This document shows, one piece after another, positions 1-11,200 of a stretch of 64,000 bases of DNA (position 1 is its first letter; each line of letters begins with the position of its first letter). Source of the stretch: Anthoceros angustus (lineage: Eukaryota; Plantae; Anthocerotophyta). The stretch is from positions 893,478-957,477 of the forward strand of contig MU008158.1 of NCBI GenBank assembly GCA_010909165.1, read 5' to 3'. Position numbers and translations under genes: made by a program. The notes beneath the pieces are model-generated. The model did no database searches. It worked only from the letters and a program-made list of their open reading frames with translations, and was not told where the DNA came from.

Positions 1-58
1 GTCTGGACTTCGAGAAAAAACGCAGAAGCTTGCAAATGAACGCAGCCCGTTCAACAGG

Positions 59-1530
59 ATGTCTGGCTGGGAAGTTGTTCCTGGACCATACACTTTAGTG
101 GGAGAACATGCATCACGAGAAGAGTTCCAACAAGAGCTATTCGCCGGCGAGGGCATGCATGCGCAGCTGGTTGCTCTGGATATGCAGATAGGTTGGCGTT
201 CTCCGATCTCCAGCTGGAACGGGCCGGATGATTTTGAGCCTCGTAGGCCTGCAGTATTTGAACGGGGGGTAACTGCTGAAACCGTAAGCCAACTATGTAG
301 GAACGAGCAGCTCAGCGAGGCTGTTGAGGCTTTGGAAACTCTGGTGCGGACAGGCTGTTTCTTAGTCTCTTTTTGTGCTGTCCTAAAGCAATGTATGGCT
401 CAGAGGGATCTGGTTCTGGGTGGTCGAGTGCATGCCCTGGCTGTGAAAGGGGGGTAATGATGAGTCAGATACGTCCCTGGGCAACAGCATCATGCGAATG
501 TATACTTCTCATGCCAAGTTGCAAGACGCGATGGATGTGTTTGCAGTGGTGGACAAACCAGATGTCTTCACGTGGTCTGCTATAATTTGTGTGCATGCTA
601 ATCATGGGCAAGATAAGCAGGCCATCGGTCTGTACCATCGGATGCGCAGGTCGAGTGTGAAGCCGGATTGCCATGTGTTTGTCGCAGCCCTACGGGCTTG
701 TGCAAGAGGAGCAGACTTGAAAACTGGACGGGAGGTGCATGTTGATGTGGTGGCCAGGGTTGAGCCTGATTTGTTTGTTTGTAATTCTTTGGTGGACATG
801 TGTGCAAAGTGTACCAGCTTGGAAGACGCTCAAAGGGTGTTTGATGGACTTGGACAAAAGAATGTGGTCACCTGGAATGCAATGATATCAGAGTATTCCC
901 AAAAGGGGATGGGACAGAAAGCTCTTCATCTTTACAGGGATAGGAGAGAAGAAGGCATCATTGCACCGAACTCTTTGACTTTCGTGTGCCTCCTGCAGGC
1001 ATGTGCAAGTGTGGGTGCTCCAGCTTTGGGGAAGGGGAAACAGCTTCATTCAGAGATTTGAGAACAGCGACTTGACGGTGATGTTGTTGTCGGTTGCAGC
1101 CTGGTATACATGCATGCCTAGTGTGGGAGCCTGAAGGATGGATGCTCAAGGCATGTTTGATGGACTCCGTCAAAAAAAATGTGGTGACATGGACCGTTCC
1201 GATAGCAGGATTCGTAGCATGGTATGGGCAAGGAAACCCTGTCTGCACAGTGCTAGGCTAGAGGAAGGCCTGGCTGTGCCCAAAAATTGTGCCTTCTCCA
1301 GGCGTGTGCAAGTGTGGGCACCCCAGCTTTGGAAACGGGGAAGCAGCTTCATGCACTGATTGGCGAACAGGGGTCTTCAGGCTGACGTTTTTATAGCCAG
1401 CAGTCTGGTGAACATGTATGCCAAGTGTGGCACCTTATAGGATGCTCAGGGTGTCTTTGATGGACTTGGTGGAGAGAATGTAGAATGCCATGATAGGACG
1501 GTTATTCCCAGCAGGGCATGGGGCAGGAAG
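59..1530 (+). pseudogene. PLS-class PPR (RNA editing factor-like) pseudogene, copy 1
   Basis: PPR motifs across frames (NSLVDMCAKCTSLEDAQRVFDGL, KNVVTWNAMISEYSQKG, TFVCLLQACAS, MYAKCGTL), interrupted by stops at 455-457 and 1059-1061 and by frameshifts. Boundaries approximate. Confidence 0.85.
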
Positions 1531-2091
1531 CGAGAAACAACACTCTCCCTACGGTCGGTTGGCTTCAATTGATTAATGTCATCGTGTCTTACATCAATAA
1601 ACTCCACTCCCAAATCGGATCCAAGATTTCGTATCAGTTTTGATTACGTAGTTCTGAACAAACATAACCGCTCCAAAGCTTCAAACCACATAGCTACATC
1701 CAATTGGGTAAGATGTTGTATAAATGCCTTCAACCATGCTAAATGCGTGAGAGATGGATCGCGAAATGGGGTCGTGAATTGCATGGGATAAAAGTTAGGT
1801 GCGCGTCCAGTAGATGGCAGTTCGCCCGCTCGGAATTCGGGGCGTGGACTGGGAATAAAAGGTGCATTGGGAGTATAACGTGGGAACGCGTCACCTATGT
1901 CTGGCGTCCGCGAGCAAACGCGGGGGCGATGAAGTCATTGTTAACGAGCGAGCATCATTTCCAAGAGCAGTGGCACGCAAACTGAGGGAACGCACTCAAC
2001 GCCACGCTCGGCAGCGCGGTCGGATCATACACTATGATGCCTCGCCTGCGGTGCGGCCGCAGCAGCGGGAACCTGTTGTTCCTCGTCCGCC

Positions 2092-3825
2092 ATGGCCGCG
2101 GGAGCGGGAGCAGGCAAGCCCGCGGCGAGAAGGAACGCGCTGGCCCTGCTCCTGGCCGGCGGCATCGGCTGCGGGAGAGGGAAGGCGTCCCTGGCGGGGC
2201 CATGCAAGCTGGTGGCCGCGGCCATCGTCTTCCTGCTCCTGACGCTCTTCACGCTCGAGAACATGTACGCGTGGTGCGATGCGAGCGCGGGCATGGCCGC
2301 CGCGGAGCAGGTGCAGGGGCTCTCAGCCGGCCAGGACCCGGTGAAGGCCATCCTGTGCAGCGCGTCGGCGCGGTACCGGCGGCCCCGGATATGGGAAAAT
2401 GTGAGATCGGCGCTGGCGAGCTGCGTGCTGGAGCGGCAGGAGGAGGAGGCGGAGGAGGAAGAGGAGGAGATGTGGCGCAGCCTGAGCGACGGGATTCCGA
2501 ACAGGCGCAGCTGGAAGAGCCAGTGGGAGCGGCGGAATCTGTCTTGGACATCCCCGGCCGCGGAGGAGCTGCGGGACAGTCTTCTGGCCTCGGGTCTGCA
2601 GGTGGTGGACACAAGGAAGGTGCCGGGGACGGGATCTTGCGCCATGCACCGCGGCCCGGTGATGCTCAGGCTCCAGGAAGGGTTCGGTACGGTGCCGTGC
2701 CCGGTGCTGTGGCGGTGCCGGCAGCAAGGCCGGGATGTGGAGATGGAGAAGGTGGAGGCGATGTGCTGGAACCCGAAGTTCTTGGACGCGGTGGAGCCGG
2801 CGTCGCTGCCGACGGAGAACGGCTTCACCACGCCCCGGCTCGGGGAGAAGACGGTGGCCAACTACGAGCAGCATCTCGGCGCGGTGGTGTTCTTGGCCAA
2901 CGTCTACACCAACATCCACGCGCAGGTGTTCGATTCTCGCCATATTTTCCTCAAAGGCGGGTGCTGGGAGCAGCGCGCCCTGGTGCCGCTCCTCCGGCAC
3001 GGCGAGAACGCCACGGTGATCCGCGTCCCGCTCGGCATCAACCTCTGCTCCTTCCACGCCAACAGCCAGTTCCATGGCCTGGTGGAACTGATGTCGCGCA
3101 TCGCTCTCCTCTTCCCGGTGATCCAGGCCCTGCCGTCCGCGCCGCTGCTGGTGACTCGCCGGGACTTCCCCTTCGTTTCCACCTTCTTCCGGCTGCTGGG
3201 AGAGCCGCGGGGGCTGGACGGGCGGCCCGTGCGGGTGCTGCGGGAGCTGGACCTTGTGCACGCCGACATGCTGGCGGTGGCGCACAGCCCCGGCTGCGGC
3301 AAGGCCAGCGGGAGCGTGTGGCGGCATATCCGGGACCGGCACTTCCGCGTCCGCCGCAGCGCCTGGGCCGGGTCCTGGTACGTGGTGCTGGAGGAGCGCA
3401 AGGGCACGCGCGGGATCGTGCAGCACGGCGACCTCCTGGCGCGGCTGCAGACCGAGCTCGGCTCCGAGCGCGTCCGGCTCTTCTCCGACCGGGACGAGTG
3501 GAGCATGGAAGCGACGCAGGACTTGTTCGCGGGCGCCGCGGTCCTGCTCGGCCCGCACGGCGCCGGCCTGTCCAACATGGTGTTCATGCCGCACGGCGCG
3601 TCCGTGGTGGAGGTGCGTCCCTCCAATTTCAGCAACACCTGCTACCATGTGCTCGCGGACGCCATCCGCTTCAACTACTACAGGCTCGACAGCCCCGGCG
3701 TGAAGAGCAGCCGCCTGGACGTGGATGTGGAGCAGGCGGTTGCGCTGGTCGCCGCCATCGTGCGCGCCCGCGGCCGCCCTGTGCCCTTCTACCCGGAGCT
3801 CTCCTGGACCAGACGTCGCCTTTGA
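2092..3825 (+). CDS. Glycosyltransferase family 61 (DUF563), intronless, 577 aa, type II membrane anchor
   Basis: ATG in ccgccATGG context, N-terminal hydrophobic stretch (LVAAAIVFLLLTLFTL), C-terminal GT61 motif VLLGPHGAGLSNMVFMPHGASVVEV. Confidence 0.85.
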   Translation: MAAGAGAGKPAARRNALALLLAGGIGCGRGKASLAGPCKLVAAAIVFLLLTLFTLENMYAWCDASAGMAAAEQVQGLSAGQDPVKAILCSASARYRRPRIWENVRSALASCVLERQEEEAEEEEEEMWRSLSDGIPNRRSWKSQWERRNLSWTSPAAEELRDSLLASGLQVVDTRKVPGTGSCAMHRGPVMLRLQEGFGTVPCPVLWRCRQQGRDVEMEKVEAMCWNPKFLDAVEPASLPTENGFTTPRLGEKTVANYEQHLGAVVFLANVYTNIHAQVFDSRHIFLKGGCWEQRALVPLLRHGENATVIRVPLGINLCSFHANSQFHGLVELMSRIALLFPVIQALPSAPLLVTRRDFPFVSTFFRLLGEPRGLDGRPVRVLRELDLVHADMLAVAHSPGCGKASGSVWRHIRDRHFRVRRSAWAGSWYVVLEERKGTRGIVQHGDLLARLQTELGSERVRLFSDRDEWSMEATQDLFAGAAVLLGPHGAGLSNMVFMPHGASVVEVRPSNFSNTCYHVLADAIRFNYYRLDSPGVKSSRLDVDVEQAVALVAAIVRARGRPVPFYPELSWTRRRL

Positions 3826-4556
3826 TTCACGCACGCCCAATCCATCACGCCACCATGACCTTCCTCTACGTGTTTGGCGTTCGCCGCCCTTCCATCGCAA
3901 TTTGCATATTGATAAACAACACAAACAAGCCAACTCCTGGCTTCATCTTGCTATTCCCGACAGGCTACATCCTCCACCTCCACCTTCGGCTGTCTAGATC
4001 GAGGCTCCTTTCAGACCTCGGGAAGGCCAAAATTGGCGGCACAGGATGCCGTGTTTCAGACTTGGCGGCGAAGCAGCCAGGTTGACGACATGAGGACGAA
4101 ACATTTTGCATGAATGCCATTCCACTCGTTTCCTGTGCTTTGCTTGAAACAGATGCTCAACAGATGACTCCACCCTCAATCCGTCCACGTCCACCTAGGT
4201 AACCGGCTTGACACTATCGTGTGGGTCGGTTTTGGGCAGACTCCGAGACCGGCGTACCGGCACGGCATGTGTGGTAAGCACGTAGGACCGAGACAAGGCA
4301 TGTACACTCATGCCCTCTGTTTTTGTAGCCATGTTGTCTAAAACTTGTTGTTGCCTGAAGTGAGTGATGCCCTTGGTGCTAGTAGCTTACGCATACCATG
4401 ATACAAGTTGTGAAGTACCAAAGCCCCATGATAGGAAAAATTCTATCCACATATTTCATCTTCTTCTTCCTTCTCTCATGGATCTGGAAACTTTGGAAAG
4501 TGGTTCTACCTTACTAGGAGTTATGGTTGGGGCCAATTTTTGGCAAGGGCGTGCAA

Positions 4557-4818
4557 GCTGGTGGGGGCCATTTGTGATAAAGTTTGCTCGAGGAAGTCTC
4601 GCCGTGAGCCCTGGAACTGAGAGACGATGAGTCGCTTCGCGGAGCATCCACGGAGTGGTCTTTTCTTTTTCTAGTGGGAGCAGGGAGATGGAATACTTTG
4701 ATTCATCATTGGAACGAGCATGCTGGTGGGGGCCAGATGTGATCAAGTTTGCTCAACGAAATCTCGTCGTGAGCCCTGGAACCGAGAGACGATGATCCGC
4801 TTCGTGGAGCATGCATGG
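4557..4818. repeat. Two degenerate ~97-bp direct repeats offset by 165 bp
   Basis: gctggtgggggcca...ctcgYcgtgagccctggaaYgagagacgatga...ggagcat at 4557-4653 and 4722-4818. Confidence 0.8.
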
Positions 4819-4829
4819 CCCTCGAACAG

Positions 4830-6222
4830 CGCGTAGCTGCTGAAACCGTAAGCAGACGGCCGCACCAGCAGCTCAAAAAGGCTGTTGAGGCCATGGGAGT
4901 TCTGTGCGGACAGAATAGCAGGTTCCTCAGCCTCTCTTTTATGCTTTCTAAGACAATATATGGCTCGGAGGGATCTGGTTCTTGGTTTAGGGTGCATGCC
5001 CTGGCTGTGAGAGTGGGGTATGAGTCGGATACGCCATGTACCATGGGATGTGCAGGTGGAGTGTGAACCAGATTGCCATGTATTTGTCGCAGCCCCTCAG
5101 GCTTGTGGAGAGGAGCCTACTTGAAAACTGGGCAGGAGGTGCATGCTGATGTGGATTCGTTTCTTTCCTTTTCCTTTGTGGACATGTATGCGAAGTCTAG
5201 CAGCTTGGAAGACGCTCAAAGGGGGTTTGACGGACGTGGTCAAACGACCGTGGTCACATGGAATGCCATGCTATCAGGGTATTCGCAGAAGGGGATTGGA
5301 CAGCTCTTCATCTTTACAGTGACTGAGGAGAAGAAGGCGTAATTCTACCCACGTCTGCGACTTTTGTGTGCCTCCTGCAGGCATGTGCGAGTGTGGGTGC
5401 TCCAGCTTTGGAGAACGGGGGGATGCAGAAACCCGAGAACGGGGAATGCCTTTTTTGTGCCTCCAGGCATGTGCGACTGTTGGCACTGCAGGTTTGGAAA
5501 GGGGAAGATTGAAGAACAAGGCCTTCAGGCTGATGTGTTTATAGCCAGCAGTTTGGCAGACATGCATGCAAAGTGTGGCAGCTTAGAGGATGCTGAGCGT
5601 GTGATCGATGGACTCGGCGAAAAGAGTGTGGTGACGTTGGAATGTCATGATAGGAGGGTATTCCCAGCAGGGCAAGGGACAAGAAACACTTCATCTTTAC
5701 AGGAATATGCAAGAAGGCGGCCTTGTGGCACCCGACTCTTTGAGGCTGTGAGCAGCCCGTGCGGCATCCTTCCTACAGTGGAGCACTACACATGCATGGC
5801 AGAACTCCTGGGTCGTGCCGGCCAAGTGAACGAGACATTTGCTCCGGTAACCGCAATGCCTGTCGCTGACTCAGCTGCCTGGCACACTCAGTTGGGTGCC
5901 TGCCGGAAGTGGAGCAACGTGGAGATGGGATGCCATGCTTTACATGAAACAGTGAAGCAGAGAAGCTAAGCGAAAAGGACGCAGAAGCGTATGTTCGGAT
6001 GTCAGACATATCCTGCTCAGATGTGGGAGCAAGCTTAGGAGATGCAGGACAGCTGAACAGAAAGTCGGGGCTTGGAAATAGCCAGGCCAGAGCTGGTGGA
6101 CAGACATGGACGGACTGGTGCATAGCTTTCTGGTCGAGGATCAAAAGCATCCTGAGAGTGATGCTATCTATGCAAGGCTGAACGTGCTCTTCCCCAAAAT
6201 GAAGGAAGAAGGCTACGTGCCT
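4830..6222 (+). pseudogene. PPR-E/E+-DYW(WW-type) pseudogene, copy 2, truncated after GYVP
   Basis: Paralogous to 270-1530 at the DNA level (ctgctgaaaccgtaagc..., gagggatctggttct...). Contains MHAKCGSLEDA, VEHYTCMAELLGRAGQ and LGACRKWSNVEMG. Frame 6061-6222 reads KVGAWK*PGQSWWTDMDGLVHSFLVEDQKHPESDAIYARLNVLFPKMKEEGYVP. Many frameshifts. Confidence 0.85.
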
Positions 6223-6224
6223 CC

Positions 6225-6778
6225 ATCTCCACATGGTGACTAACAGAAATACTCTTATCAGTTCTTCAGTAGCATCTGCTTCGGCCACCAGTAGCGTCCT
6301 GCAAAATGGGCTAGAGTGCAATATCTTCACCCATATGTCCAGCTGCCGGAGTGTCAGGTGCTTCCTGTATAAGTGCGAATCCGATATGTCTGAGTCGGGG
6401 TATGTGGAGAGCTGTCCCTCTCCAGGGTAACTGGTCATGGTCTAAGCATTTTGGTGGTTTGCTGTCCGGCAGAGCTCTGCCTTACGTTTTGTGCTGGATC
6501 ATCATCCGGTAGAGCTTGGCGAATTTCTTCAAGCCAGACAGGCTGTGTGCTGGCCTGAGCTGTTTTGATTTCTTGGAGGTGAGGTCTGCATCCGAGCGTA
6601 TCTGCTACGTTGTTACCTGATTCATTTTAGTACTTGACCTGCTAGAAGAATCCTAACCACCTGACTTGTTCCCTGGTCAGGTGCAGTTGAGTTTGCAGGA
6701 ACTGCAATGGACTATGGTCGACGGTTTCAAGGATGAATTGTGACCCGTCGGGAAACAGCGCCAATGTTTGAGCGGAAA
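6225..6778 (-). mobile_element. Ty3/gypsy pol fragment (RNase H C-terminus to integrase H2C2 zinc domain)
   Basis: Minus-strand translation across frameshifts gives LKHWRCF / DGSQFILETVDHSPLQFLQTQLHLTREQVRWLGFF / NNVADTL / LIQEAPDTPAAGHMG / RYWWPK, matching recalled gypsy consensus motifs (TDH..L.YL.TQ..L..RQ.RW, N.VAD.LSR, EAHD.P.AGH.G, YWWP). Confidence 0.75.
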
Positions 6779-6781
6779 CGC

Positions 6782-6930
6782 TCCGCTTCAACTACTACAG
6801 GCTCGACACCGCTCGCGTCAAGAGCGAACTTCTGGACGTAGATATGGAGCAGGCGGTGGCGCTGGTGGCTGCCATCGTGCGCGCCCACGGCCGCTCTGCA
6901 CCTTTCTATCCGGAGCTCTCCAGGACGTCG
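6782..6930 (+). pseudogene. 3' fragment of a GT61 paralog
   Basis: tccgcttcaactactacaggctcgaca...gagcaggcggtggcgctggtggctgccatcgtgcgcgccc...ccggagctctcc aligns with 3665-3810 of the intact GT61 gene. Confidence 0.9.
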
Positions 6931-7045
6931 GCGGATATTGACGAGTGCCGAATTCGTCCTGCCATCTCTTGTAGCCCGGTGGGGGGGAACTATCGCTGTA
7001 TGTCACTGAAGTTCAATTTGCTATTATCCGCTTCGAGCAAATTCA

Positions 7046-7117
7046 GCTTCCGTAGCATAGTGGTAGTGCGTTCGCTTCGTAAGCGAAAGGTCGCGAGTTC
7101 AATCCTCGCCGGGAGCT
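7046..7117 (+). tRNA. tRNA-Thr: tRNA-Thr(CGT)
   Basis: 72 nt; acceptor stem GCTTCCG/CGGGAGC, anticodon arm TTCGC-TTCGTAA-GCGAA, T-loop GTTCAATCC. Confidence 0.95.
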
Positions 7118-7208
7118 CTAGGTTTGACTACTCAGTGCCGCTTTTCTTCTCTCTCATGCAATCGTCGGAACATGGTCAATAGAGTGTTCATCGGGAGATG
7201 CTTTCGCA

Positions 7209-7370
7209 ATGGCGAAGTCCCGAGTGGACTTCAAAAGAATTCTTCTTCGCTATCGGATTCTCGGTTTTCGATTCAACTACCCAAGCGAAACCATGGCGAA
7301 GTCCCGAGTGGAATTCAATAGAATTCTTATTCGCTTTCTGATTCTCGATTTTCGATTCAACAACCCAAGT
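7209..7370. repeat. 84-bp tandem repeat, two copies
   Basis: atggcgaagtcccgagtgga...ttttcgattcaac.acccaag starts at 7209 and at 7293. Confidence 0.85.
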
Positions 7371-8245
7371 GTGAAAGACCACATCCCAGCCACTGTCCAG
7401 ATGTGCTTGTCCTGAGCCATTGTGCTCCCCACTGCCCAGGTGATGAGCGCCCGTCAGGGATGGCTGCAATTCGCAAACACTGGCCGTGACCTACCGGTAT
7501 ACGGTAGACTATTCGCCAATCTTTGTTTGGGTTAGTGCAGTCTTATTTATTATGCTTCGCCCATCGGAACTGGATTTCTGTCCCCATGGGTAAAGCCAGA
7601 AGCTGGAGCCTTGGGGATGAACCTGAACTGGTTAGTTCTAGTGGACGGCAAAGCGCGCGCCTCGAGATGTAAGGTGGTTGATGAAGCATCCTACTCGCGA
7701 CACACACGGTCTGCAACTTTTAGCTGATCCAGGAGTCATGTACAAAGGTCTGCTACTGCAGCTGATCCAGGAGTCCACATAGGACTCCCCTGTGAAATCT
7801 GGCAGCTACGTGTCGCCAACAGCGGCACTGACGCCACCCGCTTCTAGGACACTTGGCACCAGTCCGCTGCCCCTCTGCTTGGATGTGCTACAAAGTTTCC
7901 CTCTATAATGGACTGGGTGTGCTCCTCACACGTATGTGAGACGACTCCTCTCTCAGGAGAGTCCAATTTGGTGCTGCTTCTGCTCGTCGACGACCCGCTG
8001 TTGCTGTGTGCCCGGTATACTACGCCCGGGCCTCCTGCAACTGCATACTGCTCTCAATTTCAGACTGGATGTCAGAAAGATGTAAATGTAATGGTGCTTG
8101 CAATCTGGTGGAACATCGAGGGGGAAGCTGAACATTTCATTTGCTAGGAGGTGGCAGGTATCAGAATAACTCCGACTGTGTAGGATCTAAGGGCTTGCAA
8201 GCGTGACCGGTTGATGATTCTTGGAGCCTCGCAGGAAAGGCGGAT

Positions 8246-11200
8246 ATGGATCAATTAAGCAGGTGTATCTCGTCCGCGGAAGACGAATCGTACAGGTCAC
8301 GGCCGGTAATGGAGGGATGGCTATATCTCATATCTTCCCGGCTGTTCTCAGGGCGCCCGCAGAAGCGCTACTTCGTTCTGGATGGATGTTGCGCCTACTG
8401 CTTTAAGAGCAGACCTGTAGACAAAAATGAGGTTAGCCCCCTTCCCCTTTGTAGCTGTCACCAAGATTTATCGTCATCCGAGACTGTGCGTAGCCACCAA
8501 CTGGCTTGGACATATTGGATGCATAATGATTGTCTACAGCGTGCACAAAAGCGACGAGCACATTAGAGGATTTTGTGACTGGAGTTGCTCACCTTGATGT
8601 GCGTTTTCCGTGGTGGCAACCTCAGGACGGGATTAGTCTTGGTCGCATAAATTCCTACTACCGGGTGGAAGATAACGGGAGGGATAGCTTTCGCCGTCGA
8701 GTACGTACCTCTTCCATTTCATTTACTGTCCTTTTTCCACAAGAGATGGGGAGTGCAGTCCAGGAGAGTGGGCTGAGCATGACCAGGCCGCAAGAATTTT
8801 CTCTATGACATTACAAATATCTTGGGACATCCACTCACTTGATGGATGTCGCACAGATTCTGTTTGTTTTCACCATTTATGACCCCTACAATCGGGAAGA
8901 TCACCTCAAGGCAAGCATGCATAAGATGGTCGTCGACCGCAAATGTTTAAGCTCCGTTCCTTCAAGCTCCTATGTTAGATTCCACTTTGCCGTCTTCTCA
9001 AGCTCTTATTTTGGTGTCAGTTTGGTGCTCCAAGTGCAGAAGAAGCAGCTCTGTGGATTACCGCTTTCAAAAATGCTGCAGATCAGGTGGCTCATCTGTT
9101 GTTTCCAGGGACCAGAGCAATTTCCATTTTTATTCGCAATCACTCCATTGCTGATGTGTTAGTGCTCTATGAAAGTTTTGCAGGGTGAACCAATAGCACA
9201 TCAAGAACCAGCTGTAGATGCCTTGAGGGGAGGACAAAGTTATAGGTAGTGCGAAAAATACGCTTTGTCAGATTTGATGGTTGATGCCTCGATAGCTCAG
9301 CAAAACAATGATTCGCTCTGGAATCGCAGGACTTCCTCTCTTGGATCTTTAGACTATGGATCATTCAGTTCTGGTGGTAAGTCTGTTGATCTGTCCATCT
9401 TTGATTGAGCATCTGATCCCCAGCTCCAGGCATCTTTGGCCTGACGGTAGTCATTATATCCATATGCTCATAGCGAATTGGCTCCCTTCCAGATTTGCCT
9501 GACTGGACAGGGGTGCGAAATCGGCAAGATGGTCAACCAGATGTTGTCACCAAATCCCCCTGGAAGATTTTTGGTTGTAAGAATGGTAGGACATCAGAGT
9601 TGAGTGAATTCTGGTAGAAACCCAGAAACCCAAAGACTGCGGGTGATCACCGGCGTGCACTGTGACAGGATTACGGCTGTTTCAAGAAACTAGCGATCGG
9701 GAGCTTGGAGGCAAGGTGAGATATAACTGTCGCGATTTACTGGGCTTTACATGTATCGTGATGCTCAAACAAATGATCTTTTTCCTCCAGCTCCACTCTG
9801 ACGACCTCCCAGCAGTAATGGCAGTGGGCACTGTAAACTCCACATGTGAAAGTATTTTTGCTACTATTCTGGAGTTGGGCACGTCCAGATCTGAGTGAGT
9901 TGACAAATCGGATTTGGTGTATATGGGCTTTGGTACTTTGGACTTTGGACATACTTTCTCAGGGGATTGAGAAGTCCTGATCAGCCAAGATCACAAATTT
10001 CATCAGTAGCTATTACTGAGTTTATCATCACGCGTGCAAGGTGGGATTTTTGCTATCTGCGAGGAGAGGTGATCGAACGACTTGACGGACACACTGATAT
10101 CATACACAAGCAATTTCATACAGCCTGGGTCCCTTGGTCAGTATGAAGTTCTCATGGCTTGCATGGTCTCACGAAGGGTTGAACAACTATTGTTTGCGGG
10201 TTCCAATGACTTATCTCCGTGTCGATGGCCACTTTTCATGGATTCAGGACAATGAAGCCAATAGATCTACTGCTCCTTCGTTATTGGCGACGAGAGGATG
10301 ATGGTTCATATGGTCAGTTGTAGGCTAAGTAACAGATGTTGCAGCTGCCCATTCCCAGCTTTCAAGTATGGTTTGATGTTCTTGTTGGTTTCGTAATTGG
10401 CTCCCAGCAATTCTATACCAGTCTGTCGAGCATGAGAAGTGCCCTCCAGCTAAAGGTTTCCGACGAGCTTGGCTGAATAGTAAGGGGCAACCTCATCCAT
10501 TTGTATGATATCCATTTGGATGGTAGTTTGATGGCGTTTGTCGTTGAAGGTGGAGGATATGTCATATCACCTCTGGAGTCTGAGCAAGCGTCATCAAGCC
10601 GGGCTGTTGTTAGGCATATGCTGGATGTGGATTGGAAGCTTCAAAAGTCCTGTCGCAGGTCTGCGCAAGCTCAGCGCATTTCAATGAGTGTTCTTCAAAG
10701 AGTTGCAGGTGACATGACTTATCTTCACCTGGTGTTTGTACGTACCACATCTGCACTACTTTGGGTCCTGTTTTGAGACTGCTTGTGCTGCTGTGCAGCG
10801 CTAAGGGACATGTATGACGCCCTACCGTCTACATTAGCCAGGAGGCACAATGTGCATGCAGTTTTCAACCGGTCCACCTATTTTTCAACTCGCGGTCCTA
10901 GACTCCCTCAAGAAAGTAGGACTGCACGATCACCAGATACTTCTGAAAATGGAGAGTGCGCACCGGAAAAGCATTTGCAGCTGAGTGAAGTTGCAGAGGA
11001 ATTTTATGACTTCCCTGAAACTGTTTGGGAAGATGCAGCTACAGATGAAACTCTTAAATTTGAAGGAGAAGAGGGTACCGAATTGCGTACCGAAGAAATG
11101 CCGGTACCTTCACTACTTACTTCCGTATGTTCATCTCAAATCTGCCTGGAGATGGGACCAGTCAGTGCCGAATTGGTCCGTGAATTAACTTAGCATGTGT

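Noticed and set aside
2034-4085. Long overlapping ORFs (683 aa on +, 536 aa on -) over the GT61 gene
   Set aside because: Expected shadow ORFs of very GC-rich coding DNA; Arg/Gly/Ala/Pro-rich with no motifs.
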